In this document: positions 39,820-49,594 of the stretch, piece by piece
Numbering within the stretch: position 1 is the stretch's first letter
How the letters are laid out: each line of letters starts with the position of its first letter
Source: an uncultured Clostridia bacterium
Lineage (GTDB): Bacteria > Bacillota > Clostridia > TANB77 > CAG-465
Length of the DNA: 64,000 bases
Direction of reading: 5' to 3'
Assembly (NCBI GenBank): GCA_944388585.1
Contig: CALXJI010000007.1
Location: 7,276-71,275, forward strand
Position numbers and translations under genes: made by a program
Notes under the pieces: generated by a model
The model's input: the letters and a program-made list of their open reading frames with translations, nothing else
The model's database searches: none
Told to the model about the DNA's origin: nothing

Positions 39820-41409
39820 TTGGCTGTAAAAAAGCAAACCTTTATGAAGGGAGTCTTTGTTATAATGGGCTCTCAAATACTAATAAAAATATTAGGATTT
39901 ATATATCGAATAATTCAAACTAATTTTCCACAATTTGCAGATGTTGGAAATAGTTATTATGGATCGGGATATCAAGTATATACATTTATACTTGCTATTG
40001 CAACTATGGGAATACCCAATACTATATCAAAGCTTGTATCTGAAAAAAGAACTCTTGGAGATATAAGAGGAGCTCATAAAATTTTTAAAACAGCATTTTT
40101 AGTTTTTGTAAGTATTGCAACTGCATTTTCTTTGCTATTATTTTTTGGGGCCGGATTTATATCAAATAATATATTAAATAATCCAGGTGTAAAATATACA
40201 CTTATGTCTTTATCTCCAGCAATTATTTTTGTATCAATGTCTGCTGTTTTAAGAGGATATTTTATAGGAATGGAAAATGTAAGTGAATATAGCAAAGCAC
40301 AGATTATAGAGCAAATAGTAAATTGTATTTTTTCTATAATATTTGTAGTAATGCTACTTGGAACAACTCCTGAAATAATGGCAGCAGGATCAACTCTTGC
40401 AACTACTGTTGCAACATCTACGGCATTTTTCTATTTAGTAAGATATTATAGAAAAAATAGAGATGATATTTGGAAGGAAATAAAATCATCTCAAATATTT
40501 GCTTCGGAGTCAAGAGGAAAAATTGCTAAAAAGTTAATATCATATGCAGTTCCTATTTCTTTTGGAAGTGTCGTATCTGCTCTTGCGGGACTTATAGATG
40601 TTATTACTGTTGTAAATGGACTTCAAAATTATGGATATGATTTAATAACAGCTAATGAAAAATATGGTATACTTTCTGGAAAAGTAGACATATTATTAGC
40701 AGTACCATTATCAATAAATGTTGCATTTGCAGTAGCGCTTGTTCCATTTATATCTTCTGCTATAGCAAGACACAGAAAAGATGAAGCTATAAGTAAAATA
40801 AAATATTCTTTAAAAATATCATCTCTTATAGCACTTCCATGTACTATTGGCATGTTTGTACTTGCTACTCCTATATTTAATATGTTATTTCCTAATGCAC
40901 CAGAAGGAGCATACTTATTGAAAATAGAATGTTGGTTATTATTTTTTTCAGTAGTAAGTCAAACAATTACTGGAGCATTACAAGGTGTAGGAAAACTTGC
41001 AGTTCCTGGAATTGCTTTGTTAGTAGGTGCAGTAATTAAGTATATTTTAAATGTTATATTCATACCAATGTTTGGTGAAGTTGTACCAGCAGTTACAAGT
41101 ATTATTTATAGTGGTACAGCATGTATTATATCAGCAATTATATTATATAGAACATTAAAAGAAAAAATGCCACTTAAAGAGGTTATAGTAAAGCCTTTTA
41201 TAGCAAGTGTAATAATGGGTGTATTTGTATTTTTAGCATATAAATTGTTAATGATATTAAATCTAGGAAATACTATTAGTACAATATTATCTATTGCTAT
41301 AGGAGTGTTGATATATGGTGTTTGTGTTATAATATTGAAGATTTTAAGCAAAGATGAAATATTACAATTACCTTATGGTAACAAAATATGTAAAATGCTT
41401 AAAATATAG
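39820..41409 (+). CDS. spoVB: stage V sporulation protein B / MOP-superfamily oligosaccharide flippase
   Basis: TTG start with an AAAGGAGGAG RBS; 14-TM profile; GIPNTISKLVSE motif typical of SpoVB/MurJ-like flippases. Confidence 0.75.
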   Translation: MAVKKQTFMKGVFVIMGSQILIKILGFIYRIIQTNFPQFADVGNSYYGSGYQVYTFILAIATMGIPNTISKLVSEKRTLGDIRGAHKIFKTAFLVFVSIATAFSLLLFFGAGFISNNILNNPGVKYTLMSLSPAIIFVSMSAVLRGYFIGMENVSEYSKAQIIEQIVNCIFSIIFVVMLLGTTPEIMAAGSTLATTVATSTAFFYLVRYYRKNRDDIWKEIKSSQIFASESRGKIAKKLISYAVPISFGSVVSALAGLIDVITVVNGLQNYGYDLITANEKYGILSGKVDILLAVPLSINVAFAVALVPFISSAIARHRKDEAISKIKYSLKISSLIALPCTIGMFVLATPIFNMLFPNAPEGAYLLKIECWLLFFSVVSQTITGALQGVGKLAVPGIALLVGAVIKYILNVIFIPMFGEVVPAVTSIIYSGTACIISAIILYRTLKEKMPLKEVIVKPFIASVIMGVFVFLAYKLLMILNLGNTISTILSIAIGVLIYGVCVIILKILSKDEILQLPYGNKICKMLKI

Positions 41410-41513
41410 CTAAAAAACAATACTTTTTTATCAGAAAAAAGATGAAAACTGTTGACAAGAATATCGTTTTGTAGTATATTCTAAGTGTAAACATGAAATA
41501 GGAGGGATTTATA

Positions 41514-41792
41514 ATGAATAAAGCTGAATTAATTGCTAAAATTGCTGAAGAAAGCAAATTAACAAAAAAAGCTGCTGAAACTGCTCTAGATGCTTTCGTA
41601 ACTAGTGTTGAAGAAGCACTTAAAAAAGGCGAGAAAGTTCAATTAGTTGGTTTTGGTACTTTTGAAGTTAGAGAAAGAGCAGCTAGAAAAGGTAGAAACC
41701 CACAAACTAAAGCTGAAATCAAAATACCAGCTTCTAAAGCTCCAGTTTTCAAAGCTGGAAAAGCTTTAAAAGAATTAGTAAACAAAAAATAA
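41514..41792 (+). CDS. hup: DNA-binding protein HU
   Basis: 92 aa; MNKAELI...[20 protein letters not shown] arm motif; upstream TTGACA-17-TATATT promoter. Confidence 0.95.
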   Translation: MNKAELIAKIAEESKLTKKAAETALDAFVTSVEEALKKGEKVQLVGFGTFEVRERAARKGRNPQTKAEIKIPASKAPVFKAGKALKELVNKK

Positions 41793-41817
41793 TTAATAAA
41801 ATAATTATTTCAAAAAT

Positions 41818-41885
41818 ATCACGGGAATTTAATAGAATTATGAAAAAAATAGTTTTATTAAATTCCCGTGATTATTTATTTTTAT
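41818..41885 (+). terminator. rho-independent terminator after hup (long loop)
   Basis: ATCACGGGAATTT pairs with AAATTCCCGTGAT, followed by a T-rich tract. Confidence 0.55.
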
Positions 41886-41941
41886 TGAATTGATATTGAA
41901 AATATATAATGCATAATATATAATTTTAATTAGGTGGTATT

Positions 41942-43270
41942 ATGGAAAACTTCGTTTTTTTTAAGCTTGTTTATGGAGGATATCTTGATAGAGTAGAAGT
42001 ATATTATAAAGATAATGTTTTAACATATAAAGTTGGAACTAAAGAGGGTGAATGTGAAGATAAAGATATTTTAGCAAAATTAGATAAAATTATTGCTGAA
42101 AATAAAAAAGATTTACAAGAATATTCGGATATATTACAGAATGATCCAAAGTATATGACTATAGAAAATAGTTCATCAGATTTTATAACATTATCCTATA
42201 TTGGAAAATATATTGATATAAATAATAATAGTAGAAATAGTTGCCCACAAGAACTAATTAATAAATATAAAAAAGTAAGAAATGATATAATAAATATGGT
42301 TAAAGAACTAATAGCAGAATATAGTGAAGAAAGTATGATAAAAGATATGATAAAGTTTTTTATATATTATATTCTTTCTGTATATCAGATTGAAGATGTA
42401 TGTTTACATATAGTATCTAATGAAATGAAAAGTGTAATAGAGAAATTTGATCTTGATAAATGGGATAAATATATAAAGAGTAAATTTAAATCAATTCATC
42501 CATGTTATAGTTTGCATTTAAAACTTATGAAAGTATCAAATGATAAATATAAAGATATATTATTAAAAGCATATTATTTAGTTATAGAATTTAATACTAA
42601 TAATTGTAGAGATTTTGATTTGTTGTATTTGATTAAGAGTGATAAAGAGGTGAGTCAATCTTCATATGCAATATATTATTTTTGTAAGGACTTTAATTAT
42701 TTAACTAATATTAATATGAAAGATCTTTCACTAGAGGAACAGGCAATTATAAAATTTGTAAGAGCTTGGTACTATTATTATGGAAGAGGAGTAGAAAAGA
42801 ATAAAAAAACTGCTTTTGAAATTTGGAAGTCAATCGAAGATGATGTAGATTATGCAAAACTTATGGTTGGTGAATGTTTGTTATGTGGAAGAGGAGTAGA
42901 AAAAGATGAAAAAAAAGCTAATGAATACTTCCATAGTCTTTATAAGTCTAATTATATAGCTGCATATTATATAGCTGATATTTATTATGAAGGAATAGGG
43001 GTTGAGCAGAGCTATAAGCAAGCATTTTATTGGTATGAGTATTTATCTAAATTAAAAGGAGATTTTGCAAGTATATTTGCTATTAGAAAATTAGGAAAGA
43101 TGTATTTTTATGGACAAGGTGTAAAAGAAGATAAGGAAAAAGGGCTTGAATTGCTAGAGAAATATTGGAAAAAAGATTTTATTAGAATACGATATGAAGA
43201 GGTAAAAGAAATTTTAAAAGATTATTATACCTCTAAAAAAGGAAAAAAATTAAAGATATTTAAAAAGTAG
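41942..43270 (+). CDS. Sel1-like repeat (TPR-like) protein
   Basis: Several Sel1 repeats of the form A..WY..A...G...A...LG..Y..G.GV..D; 442 aa. Confidence 0.65.
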   Translation: MENFVFFKLVYGGYLDRVEVYYKDNVLTYKVGTKEGECEDKDILAKLDKIIAENKKDLQEYSDILQNDPKYMTIENSSSDFITLSYIGKYIDINNNSRNSCPQELINKYKKVRNDIINMVKELIAEYSEESMIKDMIKFFIYYILSVYQIEDVCLHIVSNEMKSVIEKFDLDKWDKYIKSKFKSIHPCYSLHLKLMKVSNDKYKDILLKAYYLVIEFNTNNCRDFDLLYLIKSDKEVSQSSYAIYYFCKDFNYLTNINMKDLSLEEQAIIKFVRAWYYYYGRGVEKNKKTAFEIWKSIEDDVDYAKLMVGECLLCGRGVEKDEKKANEYFHSLYKSNYIAAYYIADIYYEGIGVEQSYKQAFYWYEYLSKLKGDFASIFAIRKLGKMYFYGQGVKEDKEKGLELLEKYWKKDFIRIRYEEVKEILKDYYTSKKGKKLKIFKK

Positions 43271-43297
43271 CTTATTATTTTTAAGCTACTTAAATTT

Positions 43298-43807
43298 TTA
43301 TTCATCTTTTTTATTTTCTTCTAAAACGCTTGTACAATTAGGGCATCTTGTTGCATTTATATTTATTGTACTCATACAGTAAGGACATGTTTTCGTTGTA
43401 ATTTTTACTTGAGTATTTTTCTTTTTATTTGCTTTAGCTAGAGTTTTAACTAAAATAAAAAGTATTATGGATACAATTAAGAAATTTAATATGGCATTAA
43501 TTAAAGATCCATAGTTTAAGGTTATAGCTCCAGCAGCTTTTGCAGCTTCAAGAGTATCAAAATGGCCTCCTTTTAAAGTAATAAACAATGTAGATAGATC
43601 TACATTACTAGTTAATAAACTAATTATTGGAGTGATTGTCGAAGATACTATTGTATTTACTATATTTGTAAAAGCACTACCTAAAACAACACCTATTGCT
43701 AAATCTAGTACATTTCCTTTTAAAGCAAATGCTTTATAATCTTCAAATGCTAATTTTACTTTTTCCTTAGATATCTCTTTAATTTCTTTATTATTTATTT
43801 TTTTCAT
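43298..43807 (-). CDS. mscL: large-conductance mechanosensitive channel MscL with a C-terminal CxxC...CxxC zinc-ribbon tail
   Basis: AFALKGNVLDLAIGVVLGSAF TM1 signature, then TM2, then a C-terminal CPYC...RCPNC motif. Confidence 0.85.
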   Translation of the reverse strand: MKKINNKEIKEISKEKVKLAFEDYKAFALKGNVLDLAIGVVLGSAFTNIVNTIVSSTITPIISLLTSNVDLSTLFITLKGGHFDTLEAAKAAGAITLNYGSLINAILNFLIVSIILFILVKTLAKANKKKNTQVKITTKTCPYCMSTININATRCPNCTSVLEENKKDE

Positions 43808-43903
43808 TATAATCACCAATTAAATATTACAATAGATGTCAAATAAAATCAATAGAAATATTTTATTGACAAATAACTTTAATAAGTGTATTATTTATCA
43901 TAG

Positions 43904-44899
43904 GTGAAATTAGTGAAAAACAAATATGAAAAAACAATTTTAGAAATATTTGGAAAAAATCATAGTGGAAAAAAATATTTCCTTGCGTTCTTTTTGGTTT
44001 CTATATTTTGTCTTTCATTAGGTATAATAATAGAAAGTAGAAGATTTCCAGATGCTATAAAAGTAGAAGAAATTAGTGATTCAAATCAATATGTAGAGTG
44101 TACAGTTATTGGGATAACTGATAGTATAGCTAATTATTCTGAAAATGGAATTATAAAAGATGAATATTATTTAGCAACTGATGGAATAAATGTATATATT
44201 TTAAATCTTAGTGCATCTCAATACAATTTAATATGCAATTATTTAAATGATGAAGCTGCAAGTTCATTAATATATGGAATGAGTGAAGAGATTCCTCAAG
44301 ATTTAAAAGAAGTTGCTGTAGATATATATAATCAGTTATATCAAACAGATGAAGTAACAATAGATAATTTTAATAATTATTTAGTACCTTATTTAATAAA
44401 TTTAAAAGCTAATCCTAATAGTAGTGCACAGATATTAAGAGGTATAGGCATTTTATCTGGAATAATTGCTATTATTTTTGGAATATATTGTATTTTTGCT
44501 ATGCTAAAAAATAGAAAGAATGTAAAGAAGTTTAACAATGAATATGGTCTTAATTTAATTATTGAACAATTAAATGATTCGACAAATATAGAGTTTAAAA
44601 AATCTAAAGTCCTTTTTTTAAAAGATTATATAATTAGTTATTCATCCATAATTAATATAATAAAATATGATGATATAGTATGGATGTATCCATACGATTT
44701 TAGAGTTTATGGAATAATAACAAATAAGAGAATAATAATTATAACTAGGGATAAAAAACAATATGTTTTAGCAAACATTTCAGCTTTTGGAAAAGACAAT
44801 AAAGACCAATTTAAAAAATGTATGGATGATATTGTAAAAAGAAATCCCAATATACTTATAGGATATACTCCCGAAAATATCGCAGCAATGAATAAATAG
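43904..44899 (+). CDS. hypothetical membrane protein
   Basis: Two hydrophobic segments; GTG start; no recognised motifs. Confidence 0.5.
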   Translation: MKLVKNKYEKTILEIFGKNHSGKKYFLAFFLVSIFCLSLGIIIESRRFPDAIKVEEISDSNQYVECTVIGITDSIANYSENGIIKDEYYLATDGINVYILNLSASQYNLICNYLNDEAASSLIYGMSEEIPQDLKEVAVDIYNQLYQTDEVTIDNFNNYLVPYLINLKANPNSSAQILRGIGILSGIIAIIFGIYCIFAMLKNRKNVKKFNNEYGLNLIIEQLNDSTNIEFKKSKVLFLKDYIISYSSIINIIKYDDIVWMYPYDFRVYGIITNKRIIIITRDKKQYVLANISAFGKDNKDQFKKCMDDIVKRNPNILIGYTPENIAAMNK

Positions 44900-45009
44900 A
44901 ATTAAAAAAATAATATTTTAAAGCAGGATTTAATAAAATTTAAGTCTTGCTTTTAGTTGCTTTTTATGTAGTTTTATAGTAAAATAGGTAAAGTGAAAAG
45001 GAGAAAAAT

Positions 45010-46620
45010 ATGATAGGAACAAACGGTGTTACAGTAAGATTTGGAAAAAGAGTTTTATATGAAGATGTAAATGTAAAATTTACACCAGGAAACTGTTATG
45101 GAGTAATAGGAGCAAATGGTGCAGGAAAATCTACTTTTTTAAAAGTTTTAACTGGTGAATTAGAGCCTAGTGAAGGCGAAGTCTACATGACTAAAAATGA
45201 GATATTAGGAATATTAAAGCAAGATCATTATATGTATGATGAAGTAAAAGTATTAGATACAGTTATTAGAGGAAATGAAAGACTTTATGAGATAATGAAA
45301 GAAAAAGATGCTTTGTATGCTAAACCAGATTTTAATGATGAGGATGGAATAAAAGCTGGAGAGCTAGAAGCAGAATTTGCAGAATTGAATGGATGGATGG
45401 CAGAAACTGATGCAGCACAACTTTTATCAGGACTTGGAATAGATCTAGAGCTTCATGAGTGCTTAATGAAAGAATTAACAGGACCTCAAAAAGTTAAAGT
45501 GTTACTTGCTCAAGCTTTATTTGGTAATCCAGATGTATTAATCTTAGACGAACCTACAAATAATTTAGATATCGCTGCAATAAATTGGTTAGAGGAATTT
45601 TTAATTAATTTTGAAAATACTGTTATTGTTGTATCTCATGATAGATATTTTTTAAATAAAGTATGTACTCATATATTGGATATAGACTATGGAAAAATTA
45701 ATTTATATGTTGGAAACTATGATTTCTGGTATGAATCAAGTCAATTAGCATTAAAACAAATGAAAGATGCTAATAAGAAAAAAGAAGAAAAGATAAAAGA
45801 ATTAGAAGACTTTATTAGAAGATTTAGTGCAAATGCTTCAAAATCTAAACAAGCAACATCAAGAAAGAAAACTTTAGAAAAAATACAACTTGATGAAATT
45901 AAACCTTCAACAAGAAGATATCCTTTTATAGATTTTAAACCAGAAAGAGAATCAGGAAAAGAAATATTATCTGTTGAAGATATAAGTGTAAATATTGATG
46001 GAGAACAAATATTAAATAATGTTTCATTTAAGGTATTAAAAGGAGATAAAATAGCGCTTGTAGGCTCAAATAGTATTGCAAAGACTACTTTATTTAAAGT
46101 TATAATGGGGCAAATTAAACCAAATACAGGAAAAATTACTTTTGGACAAACAATAAAACCTTCATATGTGCCACAAGATAATGATGAATTTTTTAAAGAA
46201 GATAAAAGTATAGTTGAGTGGATTGCAGATGATTATGGAATAACAGATGAAACAGTAGTAAGAAGTTTCTTGGGAAGAATGCTATTTTCGGGAGATGAAG
46301 CATTAAAAAAATTAAATGTACTTTCTGGTGGAGAAAAAGCAAGATGTATGTTTGCTAGAGCAATGCTTGAAGCACCTAATTTATTATTTTTAGATGAACC
46401 AACAAATCATTTAGATTTGGAGAGTATTACTGCATTAAATGAAGGACTAATTAGAACAAGTGCAGAGGTTATTTTTGTATCACATGATCATCAATTTGTA
46501 CAGACTATTGCTAACAGAATAATTCAAATAACAGATAATGGTATTATGGATAAAAGATGTACATACGACGAGTATTTAGAGCAAAATGAAGAGCTTATGA
46601 AAAAAGAAACTAGTTATTAG
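45010..46620 (+). CDS. ABC-F family ATPase (tandem ABC domains, no TMD; EttA/YdiF-like)
   Basis: Two Walker A motifs (GANGAGKST, GSNSIAKTT), two signature/Walker B sets, arm insertion in NBD1, and a K/E-rich inter-domain linker. Confidence 0.85.
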   Translation: MIGTNGVTVRFGKRVLYEDVNVKFTPGNCYGVIGANGAGKSTFLKVLTGELEPSEGEVYMTKNEILGILKQDHYMYDEVKVLDTVIRGNERLYEIMKEKDALYAKPDFNDEDGIKAGELEAEFAELNGWMAETDAAQLLSGLGIDLELHECLMKELTGPQKVKVLLAQALFGNPDVLILDEPTNNLDIAAINWLEEFLINFENTVIVVSHDRYFLNKVCTHILDIDYGKINLYVGNYDFWYESSQLALKQMKDANKKKEEKIKELEDFIRRFSANASKSKQATSRKKTLEKIQLDEIKPSTRRYPFIDFKPERESGKEILSVEDISVNIDGEQILNNVSFKVLKGDKIALVGSNSIAKTTLFKVIMGQIKPNTGKITFGQTIKPSYVPQDNDEFFKEDKSIVEWIADDYGITDETVVRSFLGRMLFSGDEALKKLNVLSGGEKARCMFARAMLEAPNLLFLDEPTNHLDLESITALNEGLIRTSAEVIFVSHDHQFVQTIANRIIQITDNGIMDKRCTYDEYLEQNEELMKKETSY

Positions 46621-46629
46621 GAGGGTATA

Positions 46630-47748
46630 ATGGCAAAGTATCCAGATTATGATAATAGTATATTATCAGTGATTTCTTCAATTTTAAAGTTTTATGGATA
46701 TGATAATGGGCATAAAACGTTAGAAATTTTGGATAAAAAACTAAAAAAAGGTTATGATAATGTACTTCTTATGCTTTTTGATGGAATGGGATATTATATA
46801 TTAAATAGATATTTAGATAAAGATAAATTTTTAATAAAAAATTTATATGGCCCTATATCATCAGTATGTCCTTCCACAACAGCTTGTGCTATTCCAACTA
46901 TTGAAAGTGGAATGGCCCCTATTGAACATGGGTGGCTTGGATGGTCTATGTATTTTAAAGATTATGATGCAAATATTTGTGTATTAAAAAATACGTATGA
47001 AGATACTGGAAAAAAAATAAAAGAAGAAAATATAGCTAAAAAATATATAGGCTATGAGAATATTTTTGAAAAAATAGAAGACGTAACTAATGGCGCTGTT
47101 AAAGCACATGATATTTCATTATATTCAGATACAAATGAATATGTATATAGCTATAATCAGTTATTAAGAAAAATAATTGAAATTTCTAATAATGGAAGGA
47201 AAAATTTTATTTATGCATATTCTGAGGAACCAGATATAATAATGCATTCTACTGGCGTAGATCATGAATATGTAAAAGAAAATATAAGATTTATAAATAG
47301 TATGATATATGAATTATCTAAAAAATTAGAAAATACATTAATTATTATTACAGCAGATCATGGACTTGTAAATTGTAATGCAAAGTATTTAGATAAATAC
47401 CCAAAATTAGAAAAAATGTTAAAACGTATACCAAGCTTTGAATCCAGAGCAGTTAATTTTTTTGTAAAGGAAGAATATGTTAAAGACTTTAAAACCGAGT
47501 TCGAAAAAGTATTTAAAGATAAATTTCTCTTATTGAGTAGAGAAGAAATTTTAAAAGGAAAATTATTTGGAGAAGGAAGTCAAAATTCACATATAAGAGA
47601 AACTTTAGGGGATTATATGGCTTTTGGAATTTCTGATGTAGCTTTAGAATGGGAAGATAAAAATAAAAAAATTATAGCAAGACACGCTGGACTTACAGAA
47701 GAGGAAATGACAGTTCCTTTAATTATAATAGATACAAAAAATGTATAA
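46630..47748 (+). CDS. alkaline-phosphatase-superfamily protein (type I phosphodiesterase / nucleotide pyrophosphatase-like)
   Basis: Metal-binding motifs LMLFDGMGY and ITADHG; 372 aa. Confidence 0.7.
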   Translation: MAKYPDYDNSILSVISSILKFYGYDNGHKTLEILDKKLKKGYDNVLLMLFDGMGYYILNRYLDKDKFLIKNLYGPISSVCPSTTACAIPTIESGMAPIEHGWLGWSMYFKDYDANICVLKNTYEDTGKKIKEENIAKKYIGYENIFEKIEDVTNGAVKAHDISLYSDTNEYVYSYNQLLRKIIEISNNGRKNFIYAYSEEPDIIMHSTGVDHEYVKENIRFINSMIYELSKKLENTLIIITADHGLVNCNAKYLDKYPKLEKMLKRIPSFESRAVNFFVKEEYVKDFKTEFEKVFKDKFLLLSREEILKGKLFGEGSQNSHIRETLGDYMAFGISDVALEWEDKNKKIIARHAGLTEEEMTVPLIIIDTKNV

Positions 47749-47830
47749 AAAAATCAAAAAAAATATAAAAAAACTTGATTTTTTATAATACATATGTTAT
47801 TATATTAGAGTACTAATTATTAGTACTATT

Positions 47831-47907
<77 letters not shown>

Positions 47908-47921
47908 AAGAAAATGTATTG

Positions 47922-47959
47922 ATATCAAGCTTTTTATAGAGAAAGCTTGATATTTTTTT
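47922..47959 (+). terminator. rho-independent terminator after tRNA-Arg
   Basis: TATCAAGCTT pairs with AAGCTTGATA, followed by TTTTTTT. Confidence 0.7.
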
Positions 47960-48123
47960 GACTTTAAAAACATTACTAATTAATACTATATATTACATAT
48001 GTTTGTATAAAACTTGACAAAAATTTTAATATAATTTTTATATAATATGTCTAAATGTTTCTATATAATATTGAAAAGAATGTTGACATATTAATGATTC
48101 TATGGTAACATATATTTATATGA

Positions 48124-48141
48124 TATAACTTATAAGTTATA
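48124..48141. promoter_or_regulatory. 18-bp perfect palindrome (candidate operator) in the toxin-antitoxin-chaperone module promoter
   Basis: TATAACTTA|TAAGTTATA is a perfect inverted repeat about 20 nt downstream of the TTGACA-17-TAACAT promoter at 48085-48113. Confidence 0.45.
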
Positions 48142-48198
48142 CAAATTTATATGTATAAAGAGAGGTTGTATATTATGAAAAATTAAGGAGAATGGATT

Positions 48199-48630
48199 AT
48201 GAAAGGTATAAATCAGTCATTAATAAATGTATTGATACAAAAAGATGTTTTGATAAAAAGAAGACATATAAAGCAAATTTCTAAATTATTCTTGAATGAA
48301 AATTCTTTGAGAAACTTTATTGAAGAATTTATTAAACAAAAAGAGTATTTTTTAGAAAATCCACAGTATTATATAGATAATAATAAAAAAATAGAGCGCT
48401 TAAAATATATTAAAATAGAAGATCCAATTTACAGTTATAAGTATAGAAAGAGTGGTTCTAGAAAGAATAATAAAAATATTCGCTGCATATTTTTTATATA
48501 TGAAGGTAGAATAATAGTATTAGATATTTTTGAAGAAAATGATGATAATGGCTCTGCATATAAAGATGCTATAAAAAGAGCTGTTTCTGAATATAAAATT
48601 ATAGTAGAAGGTGGTAAAGATGAAGATTAA
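48199..48630 (+). CDS. HigB/Gp49-like (RelE/ParE superfamily) toxin
   Basis: C-terminal IRCIFFIYEGRIIVLDIFEENDDNG...AIKRA matches the Gp49/HigB fold pattern; first gene of the module; AAGGAG RBS. Confidence 0.6.
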   Translation: MKGINQSLINVLIQKDVLIKRRHIKQISKLFLNENSLRNFIEEFIKQKEYFLENPQYYIDNNKKIERLKYIKIEDPIYSYKYRKSGSRKNNKNIRCIFFIYEGRIIVLDIFEENDDNGSAYKDAIKRAVSEYKIIVEGGKDED

Positions 48631-49075
48631 TTTAAAAGATTTTGTAAAACCTACACAAGAAATTGATGAGCAATTATTAGAAAATGTTGATTACAATGAT
48701 ATGCTATTTTGTGTTTCTAAAACATTAGTAGATTATAGAAATCATTTTAATTATACTCAAGAAGATATAGCAAAAGAATTGAATATGTCTCAAGTTATGG
48801 TTTCTAAAATAGAATCAGGAAAAAATAATTTGTCATTAAAAGTATTAGTAAAAATTTGGAATAAATTATCTAGAAAAGATTATAACTTTTCTGCAATATT
48901 ATTAAATAGAATGTTGAAAAAAGCTAAAGAAAACTATGATATAAAGTATAATGTTAATAAAGTTTTTTATACTGTTATAGAAGAGAAAAAGAATGATTAT
49001 GCCAAAAGTGATTTAAAAGAGGATACAAATTGTTATAAAATATATAACTATAAAAAGTTTTCAGAAGCTATATAG
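48611..49075 (+). CDS. XRE-family HTH antitoxin with about 70 aa C-terminal extension (candidate chaperone-addiction region)
   Basis: HTH motif YTQEDIAKELNMSQVMVSKIESGKNNLSLKVL; overlaps the toxin gene by 20 nt; aromatic-rich C-terminal tail. Confidence 0.65.
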   Translation: MVKMKINLKDFVKPTQEIDEQLLENVDYNDMLFCVSKTLVDYRNHFNYTQEDIAKELNMSQVMVSKIESGKNNLSLKVLVKIWNKLSRKDYNFSAILLNRMLKKAKENYDIKYNVNKVFYTVIEEKKNDYAKSDLKEDTNCYKIYNYKKFSEAI

Positions 49076-49090
49076 AATGGGGGGAAATAT

Positions 49091-49525
49091 ATGGAAAATA
49101 ATAGTGTAAAATCTGAATTTGAAATTGGAAAATCTTGTGTTAAAGAATTTAATATAGATATTATTAATAGAAATTTTCCAAATGAAAAAAAATACGATTT
49201 TGAATTGAAGGTAGGTATTTCAGATATACAGGTTAAAGAAGAATATCAATATGCTAATATTTTTTTAGCATGTAATATAATGTTAAAAAACGAAGAAAGA
49301 GAATTTTTAAAAATTTATATAAAATATATGGGAGAATTTAGAGCTTCAGTAAAATTAGAAAAAAATAAATTTTTAGATTATTGTAAATATAATGGTGCTC
49401 CGATAATATCTCAAAACTTAAGAGCATATTTAAAAGCTGTAACAGCTTTATCAGAAATAGAACCTATAGATTTTCCAACAATTAATTTTAATAACGTTTT
49501 TAAAGAAGAAAATAAAGAAAAATAA
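49091..49525 (+). CDS. SecB-like chaperone (third component of the toxin-antitoxin-chaperone module)
   Basis: Hand alignment to E. coli SecB: FEIGK..EFN ~ FQIQR..ISFE; NGAPIISQNLRAYLKAVTA...PIDFPTINFNNVF ~ GAYCPNILFPYARECITS...PQLNLAPVNFDALF; 144 aa. Confidence 0.55.
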   Translation: MENNSVKSEFEIGKSCVKEFNIDIINRNFPNEKKYDFELKVGISDIQVKEEYQYANIFLACNIMLKNEEREFLKIYIKYMGEFRASVKLEKNKFLDYCKYNGAPIISQNLRAYLKAVTALSEIEPIDFPTINFNNVFKEENKEK

Positions 49526-49532
49526 ATAAAAA

Positions 49533-49561
49533 ATCAAGCAAATTAATTGCTTGATTTTTTC
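49533..49561. terminator. bidirectional terminator between the SecB-like gene and the convergent crp-family gene
   Basis: ATCAAGCAA-ATTAA-TTGCTTGAT hairpin followed by TTTTTT. Confidence 0.7.
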
Positions 49562-49594
49562 ATTTAACTAAGTGCAAAATATTAAATTTAAATA

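Noticed and set aside
44900-45009. Leader-peptide or attenuator control upstream of the ABC-F gene (as in vmlR, msr or lsa resistance genes)
   Set aside because: The leader is only about 110 nt, with one weak imperfect hairpin and no small uORF with an RBS. This is insufficient evidence.
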